This document shows, piece by piece, positions 36,367-45,089 of a DNA stretch of 64,000 bases. The notes under the pieces are model-generated. The model was not told the origin of the DNA. It did no database searches and was given only the letters and a program-made list of their open reading frames with translations. Position 1 is the first letter of the stretch. Each line of letters opens with the position of its first letter. The translations under genes were made by a program, and so were the position numbers. Origin of the DNA: an uncultured virus (IMG/VR IMGVR_UViG_3300037245_004243) (Duplodnaviria > Heunggongvirae > Uroviricota > Caudoviricetes); the IMG/VR virus record IMGVR_UViG_3300037245_004243, positions 32,001-96,000 of that record; one strand, 5' to 3'.

Positions 36367-36704
36367 TTAATTTTTCCCGTTACTTCTGGTTTATTTTTCA
36401 TTCTTTCGCCACCACCGGATGTTTGCCAAACTTCAAAATTTCCTTTACCGGCAGACGCTATTTCATAACCTTTTCGTTTCGCTGAAGGGTGTTTGTATGC
36501 CCAAGCAGTGTAATCGGTTGCTCGCCGGAAAACCAGCCATTTAAATTTTCCTATTTTAACAACAGTATCTCTCTGAACGCTATCGGGTAATTTATTCAAA
36601 TCTATTTTCGGCAAACCTAAAGGTTCCACATTATCAAATCCATCAAACCCGGGAGGAAGCGATGAAAGTGTTGATTCTTTTAAAATTTGTCTGTAATTTT
36701 TCAT
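36363..36704 (-). CDS. putative internal head protein
   Basis: TAATG-coupled ATG 36704: MKNYRQILKE|S. Confidence 0.7.
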   Translation of the reverse strand: MKNYRQILKESTLSSLPPGFDGFDNVEPLGLPKIDLNKLPDSVQRDTVVKIGKFKWLVFRRATDYTAWAYKHPSAKRKGYEIASAGKGNFEVWQTSGGGERMKNKPEVTGKIK

Positions 36705-36961
36705 TAACTTCGCCAAGAAGCGCCTGAAAGTTTACCCAAATTCTTTTTGACATCTCTGCGAGGGTTATTAACCCATATCCCCTGACCGTCTTTCTTTTTG
36801 CCGGTCCAGATAACGTCTCCTTTTGGTATAATAACGCCGTTCTGAAGATGTAATTTGCCGCCTTCGATTTTTACAATTTTGATGAGCTCTGCGCCAACGC
36901 CACCGTCTCTGTAAAAATTGCCAGCCTGTAATCCTTCTAAAATTTGTCGAAAGGTTTTCAT
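36704..36961 (-). CDS. putative internal head protein
   Basis: MKTFRQILE|G. Confidence 0.7.
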   Translation of the reverse strand: MKTFRQILEGLQAGNFYRDGGVGAELIKIVKIEGGKLHLQNGVIIPKGDVIWTGKKKDGQGIWVNNPRRDVKKNLGKLSGASWRS

Positions 36962-36969
36962 ATTTTTCC

Positions 36970-37722
36970 TTATGCGTACACCGGATCTGGTGGTTCAGAG
37001 TATTTTTCTTCCAGCTCTATTAAAAGTTTTTCTTTATCAGCCTCACCCTTTTCAAGTATACCGGAGGCATTCACCGTAACACCGCCCGGAAGTTGCGCTC
37101 CATCATATTTACCGAGATTGACGCCCCATTGAATCCGCGCCAGGGCCACACTATATTTTTTAAGCCATAAGGAGTCGCTTACGGTATCGGTGTCTTCGGT
37201 ATCAACCGCGCTTTGGATGACATGAAGTATTCGGGTGCCGGTACGAGTTGGTGTCGAAGGAAATGTCAGCTTTTTAGTGACTTCATTAAATTCGAAAAGG
37301 ATATGGGTTTTATAAGTGTCTTCCCACAGCGCCATTCTTTGCCGCATAACTTCCACGGAGGTAACATCGAAATATCCATCAACATCGCCATATCCGCCGC
37401 CGCCCTGGCCATTGAATCCCGGCCTCAGAATAAGCAATGGCTCATCATCAATCCAAAGGGAAGACGAACCTGTACCTTCGATATTAAGGCATTCCATAAC
37501 ACTTTGAATGGAATCCGGCAAAGTGTATTCATTGGACCCGGCTGATACCTCAAGCCCAAGAAACCCAATATTGCATGCATCGTAATGGGATTCAGTGAAA
37601 GTTTTCAGCGCCTCATCAACGCAATCATCCAATTGGGAGTCATCGACTTCAACTCTTATGACCGGGTGACCGAGCTTACGGAAAATATATTGCTTTAATT
37701 CGGATATTTTTAAAGTGCCCAT
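36970..37722 (-). CDS. gp13: neck protein
   Basis: ELKQYI.RKLG.PVI.VEV...QL.DC...AL..F.E.HYD; WLKKY..AL...QWG.NL.KY.G..LPGGVT.N. Confidence 0.95.
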   Translation of the reverse strand: MGTLKISELKQYIFRKLGHPVIRVEVDDSQLDDCVDEALKTFTESHYDACNIGFLGLEVSAGSNEYTLPDSIQSVMECLNIEGTGSSSLWIDDEPLLILRPGFNGQGGGGYGDVDGYFDVTSVEVMRQRMALWEDTYKTHILFEFNEVTKKLTFPSTPTRTGTRILHVIQSAVDTEDTDTVSDSLWLKKYSVALARIQWGVNLGKYDGAQLPGGVTVNASGILEKGEADKEKLLIELEEKYSEPPDPVYA

Positions 37723-38018
37723 TAAACAACTCCACGTATGCCGGATTTGATAAATTTATCTATTGAAAAATCAAATGCGCCATTTTCGGACTTTTGGCTT
37801 AAGAGAACATATTTGTTGATTTTTTTAAGGTCTTCTTTTTTAACAAAAACTTTAATCCCGGAATCGCCTGTTCCAACACCACCGGTTTTCAGATTTTTGC
37901 TGCCTATTTCCATGCCAAGCAAAAATGCAGCATTGACATTTTTGGGCGACAAAAGTAAACCTTGATAGGTACCAGAGGCTTCATCAATGCCCGGCACATC
38001 TTTCCAATAGTCTACCAT
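37722..38018 (-). CDS. hypothetical protein with MVDYWKDVPGI leader
   Basis: The first 11 residues are identical to the neighbouring ORF, then IDE|A. Confidence 0.65.
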   Translation of the reverse strand: MVDYWKDVPGIDEASGTYQGLLLSPKNVNAAFLLGMEIGSKNLKTGGVGTGDSGIKVFVKKEDLKKINKYVLLSQKSENGAFDFSIDKFIKSGIRGVV

Positions 38019-38029
38019 TTTATTCCTCC

Positions 38030-38353
38030 TTAGAAATCCATTACCATGCTGACCAAATCGGAAGATGACATTCCGGATTTACTGAGCATTTTCCGACCGG
38101 AAGGTTCCTTTAAAAAGTCCATGATATCGGCCTTTGAAACATCGCCGTCAGGAATAGACTGGTTTACTCGGTCCCGCACCCATTTTAAAACAGGGACAAT
38201 CTTTTTCTCTTCTGCTGGACCGCTTTTGAAATCATCGATGAGCATACCCAGGGAATTCTGCAAATAATCAGAATCGAGCCCTGCTTCATGCATCGTATGT
38301 CCTTTTTTAACGCCGTCAGCAATGCCCGGCACATCTTTCCAATAATCTACCAT
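38030..38353 (-). CDS. hypothetical protein with MVDYWKDVPGI leader
   Basis: Shared leader, then MHE|A. Confidence 0.65.
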   Translation of the reverse strand: MVDYWKDVPGIADGVKKGHTMHEAGLDSDYLQNSLGMLIDDFKSGPAEEKKIVPVLKWVRDRVNQSIPDGDVSKADIMDFLKEPSGRKMLSKSGMSSSDLVSMVMDF

Positions 38354-38355
38354 TT

Positions 38356-38604
38356 TTATAACCCCTTATTCAGATTTGCAATTTGCTCCAGCAAATCTAA
38401 TATTTTATTGTTGAGAGCAGCATGTTTTTGGGATGATTTCATTCCTGCCGTTATGGTGATATCTGCCATATTGGCCGCTTGTCCCAACTTCCCCCACGCC
38501 TCCATCAAAAGTTTTTTAATCTGTTTGATATTGACGTTTCCTGAAGATGATCGCGCCTCGGTGATGTATCTATCCATTTCCATTTTGGTTCGTATATTTT
38601 TCAT
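38356..38604 (-). CDS. hypothetical protein, MK(N/D)IRT leader family
   Basis: MKNIRTKMEMDRYITE|A. Confidence 0.6.
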   Translation of the reverse strand: MKNIRTKMEMDRYITEARSSSGNVNIKQIKKLLMEAWGKLGQAANMADITITAGMKSSQKHAALNNKILDLLEQIANLNKGL

Positions 38605-38613
38605 TTTATCCCT

Positions 38614-39126
38614 TTATAACATCAAAAGTATGAGACCCGCCGTCATCAAAATCTGAACGATTTTACTTTCGGCATTATCCCATTTATGTTCGTATCGTTC
38701 TTGCCTGTAGGCGTTCTCGGACATAGCATACAATTCGATGTATTGCTTAATTATCTGCTCCCGCAGCGCGACCAATTCTTTTAGCGCATTTATTTCGCTT
38801 ATGTAAACATTTACCAAATCCTCATGGCTCTCGAGCAATTCCCGCTGATCGTTATAGGCTGCGCTCAGTGCCATAATTTTCTTAAATTCGCTTTTGGAAA
38901 ACGCCAGGTATTTCGCCTCCCCTGGATTCTCGGATGTAATGGGTCGCATACCGGCATCGAGCGCCACATAAATGGGCTTGCCCGGCTTCTTGAGCGCCGA
39001 AAGGTCAAGCACATATGGCTGCGTCGCCTCGAATTTTACCTCTGGCGCCACAAACGGTTTATATTGTGCTGGAGCGCATGAAACAATCATAACAAATGCC
39101 GCTATCAAAAGCAATAGTTTTTTCAT
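38614..39126 (-). CDS. lipoprotein, probable o-spanin
   Basis: MKKLLLLIAAFVMIVS|C lipobox, Pro-rich segment then coiled coil, near i-spanin- and holin-like genes. Confidence 0.55.
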   Translation of the reverse strand: MKKLLLLIAAFVMIVSCAPAQYKPFVAPEVKFEATQPYVLDLSALKKPGKPIYVALDAGMRPITSENPGEAKYLAFSKSEFKKIMALSAAYNDQRELLESHEDLVNVYISEINALKELVALREQIIKQYIELYAMSENAYRQERYEHKWDNAESKIVQILMTAGLILLML

Positions 39127-39134
39127 AATATCCC

Positions 39135-39395
39135 TTATACTGGTGTAATTATTGGGTCGGTGATAACAGTATTGATATTTGCTGAACTTCCGAAACTGTT
39201 CATGGGTCGCAAATAGGTAACTGCAAAACCCGTGCCAGGATGAAAAATTATTTTTTCAAATTCAGTCTCGGCTGTTCGCATTGCATTCAATTTGATTTTT
39301 AATGCCGCTTCATCGGCACAAATTGCCACTTCCCAATCCGGTTTTGCCGGATATGGCGGCATCCTATGTGTTAATGGAGGAGAATATAATACCAT
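39135..39395 (-). CDS. hypothetical protein (paralog of the next ORF)
   Basis: DWEV....DEAALK..L.A.RTA is shared. Confidence 0.65.
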   Translation of the reverse strand: MVLYSPPLTHRMPPYPAKPDWEVAICADEAALKIKLNAMRTAETEFEKIIFHPGTGFAVTYLRPMNSFGSSANINTVITDPIITPV

Positions 39396-39404
39396 TTTAA
39401 TCCT

Positions 39405-39572
39405 TTATGACGCCGGTTTTAAGTAAACAAGAACGAATTTGCTCAGGGTCGAATTCCACATAATTGTTAAATCCCCGGTCGTCCCCGCCGTCCGCAAAGC
39501 ACTGAGCCTTGATTTTAATGCCGCTTCGTCATCGACATTTTCGACTTCCCAATCGAGTAATATACCTGCCAT
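39405..39572 (-). CDS. hypothetical protein (paralog of the previous ORF)
   Basis: DWEVENVDDEAALKSRLSALRTA; start ATG 39572. Confidence 0.6.
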   Translation of the reverse strand: MAGILLDWEVENVDDEAALKSRLSALRTAGTTGDLTIMWNSTLSKFVLVYLKPAS

Positions 39573-39573
39573 T

Positions 39574-39912
39574 TTACCATTCCTTATCAAATTCTGTGGC
39601 CAAATCAGTTAACGCCTTGTCGGATTCGATTATTGCATCAACCCGCGCCTGGGACGCTACCACCTCGGCCTTGATTTTCTTTTTGGTATCTTCTGCCGCA
39701 GCCTCAATATTTTTTATTTTGACGACGACTTCGGATGATTTCGAACTTAGCGCCTTGACCTTAATTTCTTTTTCGGCCAGCGCCGCATTATGCTTTTTGA
39801 CTTTGCCAAACCCCTTGAACATATTTTTGAGTGGACCGATCAAAAAATACCCGGCACCAATACCTATTACCGGAATCAATCCCAAAAAAATTGTCATTGA
39901 TGACATTTCCAT
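39574..39912 (-). CDS. probable i-spanin
   Basis: N-terminal TM helix followed by a long coiled coil. Confidence 0.55.
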   Translation of the reverse strand: MEMSSMTIFLGLIPVIGIGAGYFLIGPLKNMFKGFGKVKKHNAALAEKEIKVKALSSKSSEVVVKIKNIEAAAEDTKKKIKAEVVASQARVDAIIESDKALTDLATEFDKEW

Positions 39913-39915
39913 AAT

Positions 39916-40272
39916 TTACACTCCTATTTTGTCCACTGACACGGTGTTATTTTTTGAATCAGTCAGTGCATTGAGCTTTTTGACTTTGAAAACTTCCCTC
40001 ACCGCAATTATTACGGTCGCCAGGGATACATTAAATGTGCACCACGCAATAAAAACATCGCCAGCAATTCGTAATTGCGATATAATAACGGACATTTCTG
40101 CCGGTTTAATCCCGGCAACAGCCAATGTCGTCTTGACCATATCGATGGAATGGAACAGAAAAAATCCCATAAACGCGCTCGAGACGATGAATGGCATCAA
40201 AAATATCCACATTTTGGCCGAGGACATATTTTCAAGACATTTGACGAAAAAACCTTTTATGTATTTATTCAT
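39916..40272 (-). CDS. probable holin (two TM helices)
   Basis: SSAKMWIFL..TM, a second TM segment and a basic C-terminus. Confidence 0.55.
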   Translation of the reverse strand: MNKYIKGFFVKCLENMSSAKMWIFLMPFIVSSAFMGFFLFHSIDMVKTTLAVAGIKPAEMSVIISQLRIAGDVFIAWCTFNVSLATVIIAVREVFKVKKLNALTDSKNNTVSVDKIGV

Positions 40273-40282
40273 TTATTTTACC

Positions 40283-40555
40283 TTATGCCGTTGTTTTTAC
40301 AAATTTAAATGCTGTAATGGCCTGGCTCAATGTTTCCTTTGATTGATAGCATCGATGGGTATTGCACACATATCGAATTTTACCCTTTTTGTCATCAGAT
40401 TTCCATATCCCGCATGTTCTTTCGCCATTCGGTCCATGATGCCAAGTCGCGCCAGCGTTCATTGCCTTGGATCGCTCGTCTGATGTCAAAGCTACCTTAT
40501 GTTTCTGGAGATTTTTAAAATCGCCTTCTTTTAATACCCAATAAAATGTTTTCAT
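40283..40555 (-). CDS. putative internal head protein
   Basis: MKTFYWVLKE|G. Confidence 0.6.
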   Translation of the reverse strand: MKTFYWVLKEGDFKNLQKHKVALTSDERSKAMNAGATWHHGPNGERTCGIWKSDDKKGKIRYVCNTHRCYQSKETLSQAITAFKFVKTTA

Positions 40556-40743
40556 TAGCCCTTTTTAATCAATGCACTTATGGATTTCTTGATATCCATG
40601 AGTTCATTAAAAATTGTGGAATCATTTTCTATTGCGCCCAGTGCGGTCAATTCTTTGACCATTTTTTGCAATAACACCTTTCGGCTCGTGTTTCCGCTTT
40701 CAATCAGCTTTTCCATGTCCCATCTTGTTCGAATATCTTTCAT
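40555..40743 (-). CDS. hypothetical protein, MK(N/D)IRT leader family
   Basis: MKDIRTRWDMEKLIE|S. Confidence 0.55.
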   Translation of the reverse strand: MKDIRTRWDMEKLIESGNTSRKVLLQKMVKELTALGAIENDSTIFNELMDIKKSISALIKKG

Positions 40744-40752
40744 TTTTTCCTC

Positions 40753-41106
40753 TTATAGAATATCAATATTTAACCAGAGAGTTGTCCAATGCCGCCCGTT
40801 TGCTGAATATGCACTATAGATATAAAAGGCGGCTTTGTGGATACCATTGACGAGATTGTCGCCATATGGTTGATTTGATAGAGTGTAGCCTATCTGAAAT
40901 TCGAATACACCAATTCTGTCCGGATTGTGCTTCCATTTTAATGGATATTCGGTAGCAATAGAATCCGATAGAGTGATGTCTAATGAAGGAATAACTAAAT
41001 CGACCTTAAGAATTGGAGTGAGAGGCGTTAAATTGCCTCCCACTCGAAATTCCAAAGTGTTTATATTATCCCGCCCAACATAAATTGCTTCAGTGACTCT
41101 GGACAT
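40753..41106 (-). CDS. hypothetical beta-rich virion protein
   Basis: 117 aa, GAGG RBS, located in the fibre region. Confidence 0.6.
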   Translation of the reverse strand: MSRVTEAIYVGRDNINTLEFRVGGNLTPLTPILKVDLVIPSLDITLSDSIATEYPLKWKHNPDRIGVFEFQIGYTLSNQPYGDNLVNGIHKAAFYIYSAYSANGRHWTTLWLNIDIL

Positions 41107-41133
41107 AAACCTTCCTCATAATAAAGTTAGGTA

Positions 41134-41919
41134 TTAATCCATTGTTACGATATAGTCACCAGTCGGGATTTTGACCGGGTCACCAGTTTTCGGTGCCTGA
41201 TTCGGGGTCGCTGCAGCGTAAATCAGCAAGTTGCCGGTTGATGCAGCGTCAAGCAATGCCGAATAGGTCACGGTCGCCCAATCCTCATCCGGGGTCGAAA
41301 AGGTGATATCTGATCCATTTGCGGCCTGGCCAGATGAAGCAGCTCCCCAATCTGCGAAATCAACTCGATCATAATTCCCGCCCGGCTCGGTGATGGATGA
41401 TCCCGTGCTGGCATCGGTAATTGTTGCGGTACAGAGCGCAACGAAAATACCGGGCTGAGTGAATGTCTGATTTCTGAAGGCAAAATCCAGCATGATGTTG
41501 GCCAGATAATCGGATGCGCCGCCCGTATTGATGCTGACGACTGTTTCCAGATCCGGTACAAAAGGCACATTGCCGACTTCGGTTATGATCGAGCTATCAA
41601 ACGTGCCGTAACCGATCATGTTTCCCGCGCCGGATGAGGCGGTATGAATACCAAAATGCGTCACGGTACCCCATGGAGACGATGTCACCTGTGGGAATGT
41701 TACCTGACCACTTTGAATAACCTGCCGGGTACCCGCCGCCGAAAAGGCGATTGCGGTTCTGGCATAACCATTACCGCCGACTTCATTGCCGAGATCGCCG
41801 GTCTCGCCAGGATTGGATGTATGCAGAGACATATACAATGTCGCGCCGGGAGTGTAAGCGGTATTTTCCAGGATGTGATCCAAAAGTGCGTCTTCGAGTA
41901 AATTTGTAATACTACCCAT
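41134..41919 (-). CDS. phage tail/structural protein with two tandem homologous domains
   Basis: L...LLD......YT.P...Y.(S/A)L.T ... E..G.Y.R....F ... WGTVT..G...A...GN...Y occurs twice. Confidence 0.75.
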   Translation of the reverse strand: MGSITNLLEDALLDHILENTAYTPGATLYMSLHTSNPGETGDLGNEVGGNGYARTAIAFSAAGTRQVIQSGQVTFPQVTSSPWGTVTHFGIHTASSGAGNMIGYGTFDSSIITEVGNVPFVPDLETVVSINTGGASDYLANIMLDFAFRNQTFTQPGIFVALCTATITDASTGSSITEPGGNYDRVDFADWGAASSGQAANGSDITFSTPDEDWATVTYSALLDAASTGNLLIYAAATPNQAPKTGDPVKIPTGDYIVTMD

Positions 41920-41942
41920 AATTTTTTCTCCTTAAAGATTTT

Positions 41943-44504
41943 TTAGACGATTAAAACCGTCTGTTTTGGAGTAATGGATCTCATTTTGTTAGGAAAAAGA
42001 TCATCAATACTCATGTTCAAGATATTCAAACTTTCCACGTTTATAATTATATTTACGGTTGAGACAAAGTTTCTGGTGACATAAATGTGAAATAAATCAG
42101 ATATATCATATTCAATCTGTGGCAGAGCCGTAAACCGCCGCTCATTGAAAGTATTTGCAGTTAAATCAAAGCCTATTTCCGGTAAACAACCGAAATTATT
42201 TATTGTGAATGTATCGGAAACTGTGACAAATTCAATCGCCGGGCTCGATGTTAATACTGCCCCGGTACCCATTTTTGATATGGCATCCCAATTGATGCCA
42301 GATGCCAATGCAAATTCCCGCCGCGCATCAGCATCAGAAGATATACCCGACACAACATTTGCCTGAGATACAAAATTCATCGGCTGGTTTATGGCCGATG
42401 AAGTCCATACCATAACAAAAGGCGAAGATGGAAAACTCATCCTTTGATATAAGCCGCCCGGCCATGTCGCCATTCTTACTTCTATCATTACAAAGGGAAC
42501 AGAACGAAATCGTTTTTCGACCTGATGGCCGATATTATTTATTGATGATACAATGGATGGCGCAACAGCAAAATTTCTGATTTGAATGATATCAGAAGAA
42601 AGACCAACCGCAATCCCAAGTTCTGACATCATCCACATGGATTGATTACTATCGGATGAAATGGATAAGCCAATGTCCGCGCTGAAAAGAAATTCCCGCT
42701 TCCGCGATAAACCCGATGAAAAATCATGAACAATATCGGCCTGAACAGTAATTATATTCGATTTTTCGATGTCAGAATCAGTATCAAAGGCCATCCCCGC
42801 TGTAGATGAAAATTCCTTATTGTCACCGGCTCGGGAAACGATATCAAAAATGATTTCGGGATTGAAAACATAACCCCATTGGGTACCGTAATCTGGATCA
42901 CTTATATCCGAGACAATATCGGCCTGAGAGATAAAATTACGAACAGCAGAAATATCAGGGTCCGTTATATCATGGACAATATCGGCCTGGGATAAAAAAT
43001 ACATCCTTGTCAAATGGCTCGACATGTCATAGGTGATATCGGCCTGAGAAATAAATAAGTTTTCGGCATAAATTACCGGGTCAGTTATATCCGAACCAAT
43101 ATCGGCCTGGGATGCAAAGAGATTACCGAGATGTATATCCGCGTCAGTTATATTCGAGGCAATATCGGCCTGAGACACAAAATCCCGTTCAATATTTATC
43201 GAAGATGAAATATCAGATAAAATATTGACATTGCCGGAAAACCCCATATAAATATCAGATACCAACCTATTGTGAATCCCCGGCTTACTTACAAATTTAA
43301 AATCCCGCTCAAAATATTGGACATAACCCGACAGGCTGTCAGAAGATGCCAATCCTTCAGAAGACAAGGCATATAAATATTGTTTCGGGTCGGTTTCACA
43401 TGTAACGCTTATTGTATCAAGTAAAACGGTATGAGCATAATCTGAATAAAACCTTACCAGAGCAATGTCCCCGACTCTTTGAAAATGACAATGCAATACG
43501 GGAGTGTCAGATCCGCCAAATACAAATTGATCGACATTTTCGCTGCTTCTATCATAAAGATCAAATCTTAAACTGCCGGAATAGGCATAAAGATTAAGTT
43601 CTATTGAGTCTTGGGCCGTATTTCTATCATCTATTGTGCCGATTGTATTTGATATTGCAAATACAGTCACATACCCGGTATTACCAACATGTCCATCAAT
43701 TTTTACTTCAAAATCCATTGAAAAATTAGTGAAATGATCAACGCCCATATCTTTATACAGATATGAAACCGCATCCACCTGCATTGTATCAAATGCCGCC
43801 CTCGGATGAGTGACCGTTATGTCACCACCTGAATCAACTTCAGTAAATGTGGTTAAATCAAAATAATTCGGTCCCACAATTTTGCTGGTGGTATCGGACT
43901 GGATATTTGCATTGGAACCAAAAAATGTGTCATTAACAAAATTTTGCGAAAACCCGCCCATTTCACTGTCTGGACTGCCCGTATCATCAGCAGAGGCAAA
44001 TGCATATAAATATTGTTTCGGGTTGGTTTCACATGTAATGCTTACGGTATCAATTAATGCGGTTCGACCGGAATCAGCATAAATTTTGACGGACGCTATT
44101 GTACCGAGTCTCGTAAAAGTACAATAAATTAAATTTGACCTATAACCACCATAATAATAATTGTCTTGATTGTTTTCAGCATAATCGCCAAGAAAAAAGG
44201 TCAAGGTTCCATAATTAGCAAGTGCACCGAAAACAATCCCGTCGTCGGCAACTTCCATGTCATAGCGAGATCCGATGGTATTTGATATCCCCGCAAATAA
44301 TACAAGTCCGTTGTTTCCGGAGACGTTATCAATTTTACACTCGAAATCAAAACTAAAATCGGTGAAATACCCGGTCCCGAAATCAGAATAAACATATGCG
44401 TCTGTGTCATTTCGTATTTGACCGGAAAAATGCACCTTCGGAGCGGTGACGGTAATGTCGCCACCTGGATCGACTTCAACGAATGTGGTAAGGTCTAATG
44501 CCAT
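41943..44504 (-). CDS. virion protein: two tandem beta-sandwich domains plus many ~21-aa F-x-SQADI repeats
   Basis: DLTTF.EVD.GGDITVT and DT.S.TCET.PKQYLYA occur twice; repeats fill the C-terminal half. Confidence 0.75.
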   Translation of the reverse strand: MALDLTTFVEVDPGGDITVTAPKVHFSGQIRNDTDAYVYSDFGTGYFTDFSFDFECKIDNVSGNNGLVLFAGISNTIGSRYDMEVADDGIVFGALANYGTLTFFLGDYAENNQDNYYYGGYRSNLIYCTFTRLGTIASVKIYADSGRTALIDTVSITCETNPKQYLYAFASADDTGSPDSEMGGFSQNFVNDTFFGSNANIQSDTTSKIVGPNYFDLTTFTEVDSGGDITVTHPRAAFDTMQVDAVSYLYKDMGVDHFTNFSMDFEVKIDGHVGNTGYVTVFAISNTIGTIDDRNTAQDSIELNLYAYSGSLRFDLYDRSSENVDQFVFGGSDTPVLHCHFQRVGDIALVRFYSDYAHTVLLDTISVTCETDPKQYLYALSSEGLASSDSLSGYVQYFERDFKFVSKPGIHNRLVSDIYMGFSGNVNILSDISSSINIERDFVSQADIASNITDADIHLGNLFASQADIGSDITDPVIYAENLFISQADITYDMSSHLTRMYFLSQADIVHDITDPDISAVRNFISQADIVSDISDPDYGTQWGYVFNPEIIFDIVSRAGDNKEFSSTAGMAFDTDSDIEKSNIITVQADIVHDFSSGLSRKREFLFSADIGLSISSDSNQSMWMMSELGIAVGLSSDIIQIRNFAVAPSIVSSINNIGHQVEKRFRSVPFVMIEVRMATWPGGLYQRMSFPSSPFVMVWTSSAINQPMNFVSQANVVSGISSDADARREFALASGINWDAISKMGTGAVLTSSPAIEFVTVSDTFTINNFGCLPEIGFDLTANTFNERRFTALPQIEYDISDLFHIYVTRNFVSTVNIIINVESLNILNMSIDDLFPNKMRSITPKQTVLIV

Positions 44505-44512
44505 TTAATGCC

Positions 44513-45076
44513 TTAGAATAAGGTGTTTGTGGTGATAAATATATCGGCTTCGATAAGAAGGTTGTGCCTTTTATCGATGAAATCATCCCACTCGGGACAT
44601 GTGTTATTTTCTTTAAGGGAAAGCAAAAATAACGTTTTGGCTTTTTCCTCACCCAAATCCGCAATCGCTTGTTTGACAATTCTCTTGACTTTTTCCTTGG
44701 AATCTGCTAACTTACCAAGAAAGATCGGTGCACTTTCTTGCCATTCCATGCCGCCCCACACTGGTTTCATCATATTTGATGGAGGTGCATTGGTCGTATG
44801 CCCGGCAGGAATTCTTTTCCCTATCTTTGTGATTTCGCTTTGTTTTCCGTTCATATCATAATATTTAGTTCCCCGGAAATCGCTCTTTGTTGACCATTTC
44901 CCATCTTTGAAGACCTGAATTTTATTTTTCGAATCTTTAGGCGGTTCAATAAAAGTGGCATTTGCCGGAAGCAAAAAGATGTCTTTTTCCTGTAATTTGG
45001 TTTCAGCCGGGTCTAATGCCGCATCGTTCGAACCAAAATACTCCCCGGTCCCTCTATCAAAATTATAAACCTTCAT
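44513..45076 (-). CDS. tail fibre assembly (Tfa-like) protein
   Basis: VYNFD..TGEY.G...A..DP.E......LLPANAT..EPP...W....DFRG; follows the fibre gene. Confidence 0.75.
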   Translation of the reverse strand: MKVYNFDRGTGEYFGSNDAALDPAETKLQEKDIFLLPANATFIEPPKDSKNKIQVFKDGKWSTKSDFRGTKYYDMNGKQSEITKIGKRIPAGHTTNAPPSNMMKPVWGGMEWQESAPIFLGKLADSKEKVKRIVKQAIADLGEEKAKTLFLLSLKENNTCPEWDDFIDKRHNLLIEADIFITTNTLF

Positions 45077-45089
45077 GTTTGTTTTCCCC

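Noticed and set aside
39509-40342. Long antisense ORFs (also 16463-17113, 59968-60708, 1346-1879 and similar)
   Set aside because: They are shadows of well-supported opposite-strand genes, with no RBS or recognisable motifs.
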